64,000 nucleotides of DNA from Candidatus Latescibacterota bacterium (GTDB lineage Bacteria > Latescibacterota > UBA2968). Each line of letters opens with the position of its first letter. Position 1 is the stretch's first letter. The notes beneath the pieces were generated by a model. The model was not told the origin of the DNA, made no database searches, and saw only the letters and a program-made list of their open reading frames with translations. The position numbers and the translations under genes are program-made. Shown in pieces: positions 29,878-38,995 of the stretch. Location: assembly GCA_965205975.1 (NCBI GenBank), contig OZ242195.1, forward strand, positions 4,053,746 to 4,117,745, read 5' to 3'.

Positions 29878-30207
29878 ATGATGGCCGAAACCACCGAATC
29901 TCAAGCGACCACATCTGACGATAATACCCATTGGGGCATTGCGTATCTACGCGAAGACCTGCAAGACATACGCCTGCAGATGCGCGAAGACAGCAAAGAA
30001 TTGCGCTTGCAGATGGTCGAAACAAATAAGCGCATTGACGAGACAAATAAGCGTATTGACGAGACCAACCAGTCCCTGGGACAGCGCATTGACGAGACCA
30101 ATAAACGCATTGATGACACGAATAAAATCCTTGAAACCCGTTTCATCTGGCTCATCACGACCATGGTGGCCATAGCGGGCATTCTCATCGCCGTCATCAA
30201 ACTGTAA
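29878..30207 (+). CDS. Heptad-repeat coiled-coil protein with C-terminal TM anchor (DUF1640/Bdr-like)
   Basis: (ETNKRID)n 21-nt tandem repeats at 30019-30126; hydrophobic C-terminus. Confidence 0.8.
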   Translation: MMAETTESQATTSDDNTHWGIAYLREDLQDIRLQMREDSKELRLQMVETNKRIDETNKRIDETNQSLGQRIDETNKRIDDTNKILETRFIWLITTMVAIAGILIAVIKL

Positions 30208-30216
30208 GACCTGCCC

Positions 30217-30804
30217 TTGTCCTCAAATAGTAATAACAGCCGTTTTCAGACCCGCGACGTAATCACCCTCTCCGGAGGACATGCGGTACACGACACATAC
30301 AGCGGATTCTTACCCCCCTTACTCCCCATCTTCATACAAACCCTATCCCTATCCAAAACCGAAGCCAGCTTGTGGCTATCGGGCGCATCTCTTTCCGTAC
30401 TGGAAGGCGCGGGCATTGGCGGCGCGCTAATCGGCGGATGGGTAAGCGACCGATGGGGGCGCAAACAAATCCTCGGCTTCTCCATGATCGCAACCCCCCT
30501 CCTCCTATTTGTCTTTCTCGAAACCCAGGGCTGGGCCTTATTTTCCATTTTAATCATCCTGGGCTTTGTCGCCCTATCCACCGGTCCCGTAGTCATGGCA
30601 ATGGTACAGGAAAGCTGTCCAGAAAACCGGGCATTTGCCAATGGCCTTTATATGGGTGCGGGATTCGCGCTTCGCGGCGTGGCCATGTTGCTCTTCGGCA
30701 TCATGGCAGATGCATACAGCCTGCGCCGGGCTTTTGAAATCAGCGCGATCTTGATGTTACTCGGCGTTGTGCTGGTATTTCGGATACCGGGTAGAAGCAC
30801 CTGA
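30217..30804 (+). pseudogene. MFS transporter (Fsr-like) with a large in-frame internal deletion
   Basis: N-terminal HAVHDTY.GFLPPLLP joined almost directly to C-half GGWVSDRWGRK; 195 aa versus the usual ~400. Confidence 0.7.
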
Positions 30805-30907
30805 TTTACGCGGCAAACCCAACCGCGCTCCCTCCCATTTCTCATCTGACCCAATCGCGGCAAGGATGCCGCTCCTACCGCTTAATTTCTCACTTCACAC
30901 TTCCCTC

Positions 30908-31028
30908 AAGTGTTCATTTTCGGACACTACTGTATCAAAATCGGACACTTCCTAAACTGCCAATTTCAAGCAAATTCTCATAACTCCTTGTTATTTCATT
31001 ATTTGAATCTTTTGGCACGATTATTGCA
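30908..31028 (+). promoter_or_regulatory. Sigma-54 promoter with tandem activator sites and IHF-like site, copy 1
   Basis: TGT-N10-ACA (30911), TGT-N11-ACA (30931), taactccttgtta (30981), TGGCAC-N5-TTGCA (31013-31028). Confidence 0.8.
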
Positions 31029-31074
31029 GTAAAATCGGGACAAAGAACACGCGACGACATCCAGGGAGAACAAA

Positions 31075-33438
31075 ATGTTCCGCAATTATCTGACCGTAGC
31101 GTACCGCAACCTCGTCCGTTACAAAGTGTATTCTGCGATCAACATCACTGGCCTGGCAATCGGCATTGCGTTTTGCATCTTAACCTTCCTTTACATACGA
31201 CATGAATGGTCCTTTGACGCATTCCACGAAAAAGCAGATCGAATTTATCGCGTTTACAATAGAGGAGAAGTGGGAGAAGGCGGCGATGCCTCGGCTGCTA
31301 TGCCGGGTCCTCTCGGTCCAAAGTTGGCAGAAGCATTCCCCACACAAATGCAACATGTCGTGAGAATTAACACCACTTCTCGCACACTCCAATACGGCGA
31401 CCATGCATCTCAAGAGCGCGTTATTTACGTCGATCCGGGCTTCTGGGACATCTTTTCATTTCCCCTCGTGAAAGGTGACTCCGCAACAGCACTGAATGGC
31501 AAAGATGCCATTGTTATATCAGAAACAGCCGCTCAAAAATTCTTCGGCAACACCGACCCAATGGGGAAAACGGTCTCTTTCACCGGAAACTCAAAAATCC
31601 ACCAAGCTCTAATCACGGGCATCGTGAAAGACATCCCCGAAACATCCAGCATTCAATTCGACTGCATCCAGTCCTATGGGAATGTCGAAGACGCGCTCAA
31701 CTCGTGGAACTACACAGGTAACACCAGCACCTACGTCTTGCTCCACAATCAGGCTCGCCCCGAAGACATAGAAAAATTATTTCCGCGTTTTATAAACTGG
31801 TCGTGGCCCATCATCGGGGAAAACCAGGAACTGAAATTGCAGCCCCTTGCCGATGTGCATTTCAGTCCAGAGATCCGCGCACCCGAACCCGCCACTGACC
31901 CGGCATACAGCTACATCCTGTTGTGCATTACAGCCCTGGTCCTCTTTGTCGCCTGCGTGAACTTTATGACCCTCGCACTGGGACGGTCAGCCTCTCGGGC
32001 GCGGGAAATCGGCATCCGCAAAGTCGTTGGCGCACACAAGCCCCAGGTCATCGTGCAATTCCTCACAGAATCCGTACTCTTAAGCCTCATAGCATTTGTA
32101 ATCGGACTCGCACTATCAGAACTTTTAATGCCATTGTTCAACAACCTCATGGCGCAAAAACTATCCATAGTTGCACATCTGGATAGCCTGGCATTTGCCT
32201 CACTCATGGGTCTAACTCTAATCGTCGGCCTCCTCGCAGGTACCTATCCAGCCTTTGTCCTGTCCGGCTTTATGCCAATTCAGGTACTCAAAGGCAGATT
32301 GAAAATTGTCAGCGCGGGACTTTTCAGCCAGTTTCTCGTAATCTTCCAGATCGCGATGTCTGCGGTCCTGGTCATCAGTGCCCTCATTATGACCTCTCAA
32401 CTCGACTATTTGCGGACCAAACCCCTGGGATTTGACAGCGAACACCTAATTGCCGTAAGCCGCCTCAGCAAGCTGCGAGATCTGGGACCAAAAGGCATTG
32501 AAACCTATCGGGACGCCCTCTTATCCCATCACGCAATTCTCGGTGTAACCCAAATATATCACATGATGCGCAATGGATACCAGTCGCGCGGGGCTGTGGT
32601 ACATGAAGGAACAACCTTAAAAGGCGTGGAGATATTCTTCGTCGATTACGACTTTGTACCAACCCTCGACATCAAATTGATCGAAGGCCGAAATTATTCA
32701 CGGGACCTTGTGACAGACCCTGCTAAGTCTGTAATCATCAACCAAACCCTGGCCAAACAACTGGGACCGGGACCACCGCTCGGAAAAACACTGAAATTTT
32801 TTGATGATATGACAGTAATCGGCGTAGTAAACGATTTTCATTTTCGCTCTCTCCACCACAAAATTGGTCCCGCACTCCTGAAATGCAATCCAGAACATCA
32901 ATTTAGCCGATTGCTGGTTCGGGTGCGTGCCAACGATATCCCCGGCACACTGTCATTTATGGAAGCGCAATGGGAAGCCGTAACACAGTCCTCTGGATTC
33001 CGCTATTCATTTCTCGATGAAGGCATTGATCGCCAATACCGAACCGAAGAGCGCTGGCATCGCATGATCGGATACGGAACCCTGTTTGCCATTTTTATCG
33101 CGTGCCTGGGCGCATTTGGATTGACAGCACTCGCCGTGACCCGGCGCACCAAAGAGATCGGCATTCGCAAAATATTGGGTGCCAGCGTCACAAACGTGGT
33201 GCGTTTGCTATCGCGCGAATTCGTTCTGTTGGTCGGCATAGCAAATGTACTCGCCTGGCCAGTCGCCTATTGGGCAATGAGCAAATGGCTATCGGACTTC
33301 GCGTATCGAATTAAACTGGGCATCGGAGCATTCGCGCTGGGCGGTGTATTGACACTCTTAGTCGTAATCGGAACAGTGAGCCTGCAAGCCGTGAAAGCGG
33401 CAAAGATGAACCCCGTGGAGGCATTGCGATATGAATAA
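31075..33438 (+). CDS. ABC transporter permease, duplicated MacB-PCD/FtsX (ADOP-like), no. 1
   Basis: NYL..A.RNL, ACVNF, REIGIRKVVGA, RTKEIGIRK.LGA, PVEALRYE. Confidence 0.95.
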   Translation: MFRNYLTVAYRNLVRYKVYSAINITGLAIGIAFCILTFLYIRHEWSFDAFHEKADRIYRVYNRGEVGEGGDASAAMPGPLGPKLAEAFPTQMQHVVRINTTSRTLQYGDHASQERVIYVDPGFWDIFSFPLVKGDSATALNGKDAIVISETAAQKFFGNTDPMGKTVSFTGNSKIHQALITGIVKDIPETSSIQFDCIQSYGNVEDALNSWNYTGNTSTYVLLHNQARPEDIEKLFPRFINWSWPIIGENQELKLQPLADVHFSPEIRAPEPATDPAYSYILLCITALVLFVACVNFMTLALGRSASRAREIGIRKVVGAHKPQVIVQFLTESVLLSLIAFVIGLALSELLMPLFNNLMAQKLSIVAHLDSLAFASLMGLTLIVGLLAGTYPAFVLSGFMPIQVLKGRLKIVSAGLFSQFLVIFQIAMSAVLVISALIMTSQLDYLRTKPLGFDSEHLIAVSRLSKLRDLGPKGIETYRDALLSHHAILGVTQIYHMMRNGYQSRGAVVHEGTTLKGVEIFFVDYDFVPTLDIKLIEGRNYSRDLVTDPAKSVIINQTLAKQLGPGPPLGKTLKFFDDMTVIGVVNDFHFRSLHHKIGPALLKCNPEHQFSRLLVRVRANDIPGTLSFMEAQWEAVTQSSGFRYSFLDEGIDRQYRTEERWHRMIGYGTLFAIFIACLGAFGLTALAVTRRTKEIGIRKILGASVTNVVRLLSREFVLLVGIANVLAWPVAYWAMSKWLSDFAYRIKLGIGAFALGGVLTLLVVIGTVSLQAVKAAKMNPVEALRYE

Positions 33439-34012
33439 ACGATCAGACATAGAAAACGATGTGCAATTGATCCACATGATAAAAGCCGGCGACGAAAGCG
33501 CGTTTGGCAAACTCTACTATCTGCACCAGAATCGCGTGCGCGCCATTGTCGGGCGATATGTGCAAGACCGCGAGGAAGCCGATGACTTGATGCAGGTGGT
33601 ATTCATGAAAGTCTTTCAGAGCCTGCGCCATTTTCGCGGCGACTCGGCATTCACAACCTGGCTAACGCGCATTGCCTTCAACGTCGGACGTTCACACCTT
33701 CGGTCTCGACTATCCCGAAAAAACGGCCTAGAAACAGCAGCGCGACAAATGCCCGAACCAATTACTCTCACAACGCCAGAAGATAGCGTCATAAAAAAGG
33801 AACGCCATCAACTCTTAGCACAGGGCATGCGCACATTGCCCAAAGTGCAACAACGCGCAATGTGGCTCCGCTACATAAAAGAACTGTCCTACCGCGAAAT
33901 CGTATGGGAGATGCAAGCCCCCCTCGGCACCGTGAAAATCTGGCTCTACCGAGGGCGTCACCAGCTAAAACGCGCATTGGAAAAACAAGAGGCCGGAGGC
34001 TGGGCGGGCTGA
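33431..34012 (+). CDS. ECF RNA polymerase sigma factor, paralogue of 16835..17401
   Basis: FRGDSAFTTWLTRIAFN, LSYREI...PLGTVKIWLYRG; ATG overlaps the permease 1 stop. Confidence 0.93.
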   Translation: MNKRSDIENDVQLIHMIKAGDESAFGKLYYLHQNRVRAIVGRYVQDREEADDLMQVVFMKVFQSLRHFRGDSAFTTWLTRIAFNVGRSHLRSRLSRKNGLETAARQMPEPITLTTPEDSVIKKERHQLLAQGMRTLPKVQQRAMWLRYIKELSYREIVWEMQAPLGTVKIWLYRGRHQLKRALEKQEAGGWAG

Positions 34013-34041
34013 GTACTGGGGACGGCACAGGAGATAAGACC

Positions 34042-36546
34042 ATGATCAAAAATTATCTAACCGTTGCGATCCGCAATCTGATGCGGCACAAATTGTACAC
34101 ATCCATCAATGTACTGGGCCTTGCCATCGGCCTGGCGTGTGGCATCTTGATCCTGTTGTATATCCAGCAGGAATTTGCAGTAAATCGCTCCCACACACTG
34201 GGCGACCGCATTTACAAAGTAATTCGAGAAGAGCGCAGCAGCACACAAACAACTTACAGTAGCGGCACATCAGGCGCACTCGGACCTGTGCTAAAAGAAA
34301 CATTTCCTGAAGTAGAAACAACGGTGCGTATCTGGCGGTGGACCGTATCTGCACAATACGGCGAACGCCAGGGTCGATACTCCTTTGCACTGACAGATGA
34401 CAACTTTTTGGACGTATTTGATTTTCCCCTCATAAAAGGCGACCCAGAAACCGCGTTTCGCACACCCTACTCTGTGGTCATTACCGACGACATGGCGCAA
34501 CACTTGTTTGGCGATACGGACCCAATGGGCAAAACAGTTTCAATCGATAATCGCAGTTTTCCGGGCGAATACACAGTAACGGGCATCGTAAAAGCACCAC
34601 ATCTCTCATCAGGCTTTTATTTTCAAATACTCTCAACCACAATACCCCCCGTAGAAGAAACGCAAGAGGTGTGGACAATGTGGCGACCCACGCAATCCTG
34701 GCGTCCGGTAAACACCTATGTGCTATTAAAAGTGGGACAAAACGCAGAAAGCCTACAAGCGAAAATGCAGTCGCTGATCAAACAGTATATGGGGGATGAA
34801 GTTACTGCTCAACATAAGTCCCATTGGCCTCATTATCCCCTTCAGCCGTTGATCAAGCAGCATATGGAAGATGAAGTTGCAGCAAAAAACGCCTATCACC
34901 TACAGCCCCTGCATCGCGTGTACCTGTATGGCGAATCCGATTTTAACCCAACTGCCGACAGCCCCGTGCAACACATTTACATGCTGGCAGCTATTGGGCT
35001 GATCCTCGTGGTCATTGCCTGCGTGAACTTTACAAATCTGGCAACTGCACGCGCTGTCACCCGCAAGCGCGAAGTCGGCGTGCGAAAAGTCGTTGGCGCG
35101 CATCGTCCACAACTGATGGTCCAGTTTTTGAGCGAATCCCTGCTTTTAACCTGTTCCGCCCTGCTGATTGCCCTCGCACTGGTCGAGCTATGCCTGCCCT
35201 TATTCAACCAATTCGTGCGCGGCGATCTACACCTCAACGCGGCTACAGTAATAATAGGTACACCGGCAGTACTGGCACTAACAGTGTTGGTCGGACTGCT
35301 GGCGGGATGGTATCCAGCGTTTTTCCTCTCATCCTTTCGCCCGGTAACAGCATTAAAAAGCAGCGCGTCTTCCTCCCCGGGTTCCACAGGACTGAAGAAA
35401 GGACTCGTAGTATTTCAGTTCGGCATGTCTATCTTGCTGGTGATCTGTACCCTAATAGTTTATCAGCAACTGAAATTTATAGAAACCAAAGACATGGGCT
35501 TTGCACGCGATCACATTGTGAGTTTACCCATTTTTGTCCCTGACTTTTCCGGAGAGCCAAACCCACAAAAACGCCTTTCAGCACGCCACCAAATGGTCAA
35601 ACAGGTCTTTCTCGAACACCCCAATATCCTCAGCGCATCGGCTCTGCGATACGAAATCACGGGATACAGCGGACGACTGCGACTCGCCTGGCCCGATGGG
35701 GACCGAACAAAAGAACAGACATTTCGCATAAACGAAGTTGATGATTCATTCTTTGAAACATTTGAAATCCCCGTGCTTCGCGGTCGTGCCTTTTCAGCCG
35801 ATGTTGCCAGCGATACATCTCAGGCAATTATCTTAAACGAAACAGCCGTGCGACTCCTCGGCTGGGAGGAAGATCCGATTGGCAAACAGATTGTGTTACC
35901 AGCATACGACAACCTATCCTTGACCGTAATTGGGGTCGTAAAAGACTACCACAATTTGACGCTCCGAGAAGAAATCGCCCCTATGGGATTTTTGGCCCGC
36001 TGGAAGATGTTTTATTCCCTGACTTTACGCATCCGACCAGAAAACACCGCGCAAACCCTGTCCTTCCTCGAAACGCAGTGGAAACGCTTTGTGCCGGACG
36101 CACCCTTTGAATATCACTTCCTGGACGAACTCATAGATTGGATCTATTTCAACGAGCAACTCACCGGCAAAATGCTCGGCGTGTTCTCACTACTGGCAAT
36201 TTTTGTAGCGTGTTTGGGACTGTTCGGACTGGCCGCATTTATGGTTCAATCTCGCACCAAAGAAATTGGCGTGCGGAAGGTACTGGGCGCATCCACATCG
36301 CATCTGGTCATGCTACTCTCGCGCGAATTTATATTTCTCGTTCTTCTCGCCAATCTCATCGCCTGGCCAACCGCCTACTATCTGATGCGCGACTGGCTCT
36401 CCGGGTTTGCCTATCAGACAGACCTGAATGTCTTGCCATTTGTTGCAAGCGCGATAATGGCTCTGATCATCGCCTTTGGAACCGTGAGCCTGCAGGCCAT
36501 TCGCGCAGCGCGATCCAATCCCATTGACGCCTTGCGGTATGAGTAA
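34042..36546 (+). CDS. ABC transporter permease no. 2, with internal tandem duplication
   Basis: Same motifs; start MIKNYL after AGGAG. Confidence 0.95.
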   Translation: MIKNYLTVAIRNLMRHKLYTSINVLGLAIGLACGILILLYIQQEFAVNRSHTLGDRIYKVIREERSSTQTTYSSGTSGALGPVLKETFPEVETTVRIWRWTVSAQYGERQGRYSFALTDDNFLDVFDFPLIKGDPETAFRTPYSVVITDDMAQHLFGDTDPMGKTVSIDNRSFPGEYTVTGIVKAPHLSSGFYFQILSTTIPPVEETQEVWTMWRPTQSWRPVNTYVLLKVGQNAESLQAKMQSLIKQYMGDEVTAQHKSHWPHYPLQPLIKQHMEDEVAAKNAYHLQPLHRVYLYGESDFNPTADSPVQHIYMLAAIGLILVVIACVNFTNLATARAVTRKREVGVRKVVGAHRPQLMVQFLSESLLLTCSALLIALALVELCLPLFNQFVRGDLHLNAATVIIGTPAVLALTVLVGLLAGWYPAFFLSSFRPVTALKSSASSSPGSTGLKKGLVVFQFGMSILLVICTLIVYQQLKFIETKDMGFARDHIVSLPIFVPDFSGEPNPQKRLSARHQMVKQVFLEHPNILSASALRYEITGYSGRLRLAWPDGDRTKEQTFRINEVDDSFFETFEIPVLRGRAFSADVASDTSQAIILNETAVRLLGWEEDPIGKQIVLPAYDNLSLTVIGVVKDYHNLTLREEIAPMGFLARWKMFYSLTLRIRPENTAQTLSFLETQWKRFVPDAPFEYHFLDELIDWIYFNEQLTGKMLGVFSLLAIFVACLGLFGLAAFMVQSRTKEIGVRKVLGASTSHLVMLLSREFIFLVLLANLIAWPTAYYLMRDWLSGFAYQTDLNVLPFVASAIMALIIAFGTVSLQAIRAARSNPIDALRYE

Positions 36547-36572
36547 TCAATTCCTATGTAAAGGAGAAACCA

Positions 36573-38972
36573 ATGTTCGGTGAAATATCTCTACTCAGCA
36601 GCTATCTGAAAACGGCGATCCGCAACCTCGCCAGGTATCGCATTTACTCCGCCATCAACATCATCGGCATTGCCATCGGCCTCGCCTTTTGCATCCTCAC
36701 CTTCCTCTTTGTCCACCACGAATGGACATACGACACCTTTCACAAAAACGCCGACCACATCTACCGGATTACAGCAAAAGAAAAAGGTCCTTTTGGTGAT
36801 CGTATGATTGGTGGGGTGCCACACGCTCTCGGTCCTGCAATCAGCGAAACATTCCCCAACATACAGACTGTTCGTTTCAGCAATGACAGCGGGGATGTGA
36901 GTATAGAAGATCGCACTTTTCGACCGCTCCTGGGTTTTGTTGATCCCAACTTCCTCGACATTTTTTCTTTCCCACTCATTCATGGCGACCCTGCGAATGC
37001 CCTTAAAGACAAATATTCTGCACTGATTACAGAAGAAGCAGCACAGAAGTATTTCAACAAAGCCAACCCGGTCGGAGAACCACTTCCAATTCAGCGGGAA
37101 AAGGAAATTCACAACTACACCATCACGGGCATCCTAAAAGACGTACCCAAAAACTCCACGCTTGAATTTGAAGTGCTACTGCCTTATGAACAGTTAGAAG
37201 CTGAGATAGAAGCTATGCAGAGGCAGTATAACTACACCTCTTTACAGGATACGTATATACTGCTCCCCCCGGATGTACACCCCAATAGTATCGAACAACA
37301 ATCTACCAAATGGATCAAAAACTGGTGGAGCGAAAGCAGAGGCGAAGAGAGACAACTCAAACTCCTCCCTATCACCCAGATGCACTTCAACCAGAACTTG
37401 CAGGAATACAACATCAGTAATCCAGTTTATTCATACATATTATCGGGCATTGCAATCCTCGTCCTGTTTATCGCCTGCGTCAACTTCACAACCTTAACCC
37501 TCGGACGGCAGGCAACCCGGGCGCGAGAAGTCGGCTTGCGAAAAGTCGTCGGCGCAAAGTGCTCGCAGATTGCAAACCAATTTATCGGGGAATCACTCTT
37601 ACTCATCCTCATCGCGCTTATCGCTGGCATTGCCATAGCAGAACTCGCCTTGCCAACGTTCAACAACTTAGTCGGACTAACCTTAGTCGGAAAATCCCTG
37701 TCCATGAGCGATGGCCTCAATCTCACAACACTCGCCTTTCTCATTCTGCTTGTCATCCTCGTCGGCATCACAGCAGGTGGGTATCCCGCCTTTATCTTAT
37801 CCCGATTGCAGCCGACCCAAATCATAGCGAGCAGATTGCAAATGAAAACCGGCAATCGTTTTGGCAATGTATTGATCATTTTTCAATTTGCCCTGTCCAT
37901 ATTTCTCATCATCACCACCCTGATGATGGGCAAACAACTCACATTTTTGCGAACCCAACCTTTGGGGTATCAAACCGAAAACATTATTACTATATCGACC
38001 TATCCTCTGGAAGAAGAAAGCAAAACCTTATCAACTGTTTTTCGGGATGCCCTACAGTCTCACCATGCAGTAGTCAGCGCGACCTGGATGGATTACAGTC
38101 TAACTAATAACACCGGGCGTAGTATGAGCTATCGAAGTTATAAAGGAAGTCCAGAGTACCGCGTTGAAAACATTGGAATTGATTACGACTTTTTCAAAAC
38201 ACTCGGCATAAAACTCGTTGCGGGTCGAGAATTCTCCAGAGAATTTCCATCTGATGAAAAAAAATCGATCATTGTCAACGAAGCATTCGTCGAAAAATTC
38301 GGCATAGAAGACCCCATTGGCAAAACAATCCAATATGGCGCATACAACAAGGCTATCATCGGCGTTGTTCGCAACTTCCACTTTCTTTCCCTGCACCATA
38401 AAATAGAACCCGCTACTATGATCCTCCAGGCATGGACTAACAAATTGTATGTTCGCATCCGTCCCGAGGATATGCCTGGCACCATTGCATTTATCAAAGA
38501 ACAGTGGGAAAAAGTCGCACCTCATCACGCATTCAGATTTTCGTTTCTCGATGAAAACATCGACAAACAATACAAAAAAGAAGAACGCTGGAACCTCATG
38601 ATCCAATACGCCACAGGATTCGCCATCTTCATCGCTGCACTCGGCGCATTTGGACTGGCGGCTCTCGCCACAACCAGACGCACCAAAGAAATCGGCATTC
38701 GCAAAGTCCTGGGCGCATCCCAAACGCAAATCCTATCCCTGCTCTCACGAGAATTTGTCCTCTACATCGCCCTATCAAGCCTCATCGCATTCCCCATCGC
38801 CTATTACGCGACCAATCAATGGTTACAAACCTTCGCCTACCGCACCGAATTGGGTATTGGCACCTTCTTACTCGGCAGCCTTATCTTGTTCTTCATCGTA
38901 CTCACAACCATCACGACCCAGACCCTCAAAGCCGCACACGCAAATCCGGCAGACGCTTTGAGAGATGAATAG
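36573..38972 (+). CDS. ABC transporter permease no. 3
   Basis: Same motifs, ends PADALRDE; close paralogue of no. 5. Confidence 0.95.
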   Translation: MFGEISLLSSYLKTAIRNLARYRIYSAINIIGIAIGLAFCILTFLFVHHEWTYDTFHKNADHIYRITAKEKGPFGDRMIGGVPHALGPAISETFPNIQTVRFSNDSGDVSIEDRTFRPLLGFVDPNFLDIFSFPLIHGDPANALKDKYSALITEEAAQKYFNKANPVGEPLPIQREKEIHNYTITGILKDVPKNSTLEFEVLLPYEQLEAEIEAMQRQYNYTSLQDTYILLPPDVHPNSIEQQSTKWIKNWWSESRGEERQLKLLPITQMHFNQNLQEYNISNPVYSYILSGIAILVLFIACVNFTTLTLGRQATRAREVGLRKVVGAKCSQIANQFIGESLLLILIALIAGIAIAELALPTFNNLVGLTLVGKSLSMSDGLNLTTLAFLILLVILVGITAGGYPAFILSRLQPTQIIASRLQMKTGNRFGNVLIIFQFALSIFLIITTLMMGKQLTFLRTQPLGYQTENIITISTYPLEEESKTLSTVFRDALQSHHAVVSATWMDYSLTNNTGRSMSYRSYKGSPEYRVENIGIDYDFFKTLGIKLVAGREFSREFPSDEKKSIIVNEAFVEKFGIEDPIGKTIQYGAYNKAIIGVVRNFHFLSLHHKIEPATMILQAWTNKLYVRIRPEDMPGTIAFIKEQWEKVAPHHAFRFSFLDENIDKQYKKEERWNLMIQYATGFAIFIAALGAFGLAALATTRRTKEIGIRKVLGASQTQILSLLSREFVLYIALSSLIAFPIAYYATNQWLQTFAYRTELGIGTFLLGSLILFFIVLTTITTQTLKAAHANPADALRDE

Positions 38973-38995
38973 AGAATAATGACAGGAATCTTCCC

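Noticed and set aside
30019-30126. Regular repeats as a possible CRISPR array
   Set aside because: Contiguous 21-nt in-frame coding repeats with no unique spacers and no cas genes
33862-34041. Extended N-termini in the ORF track (permease 2, tig, Rieske, enolase, phosphoesterase 2, ATPase 2)
   Set aside because: Downstream starts match family N-termini and SD sites; the extensions overlap neighbours or regulatory DNA
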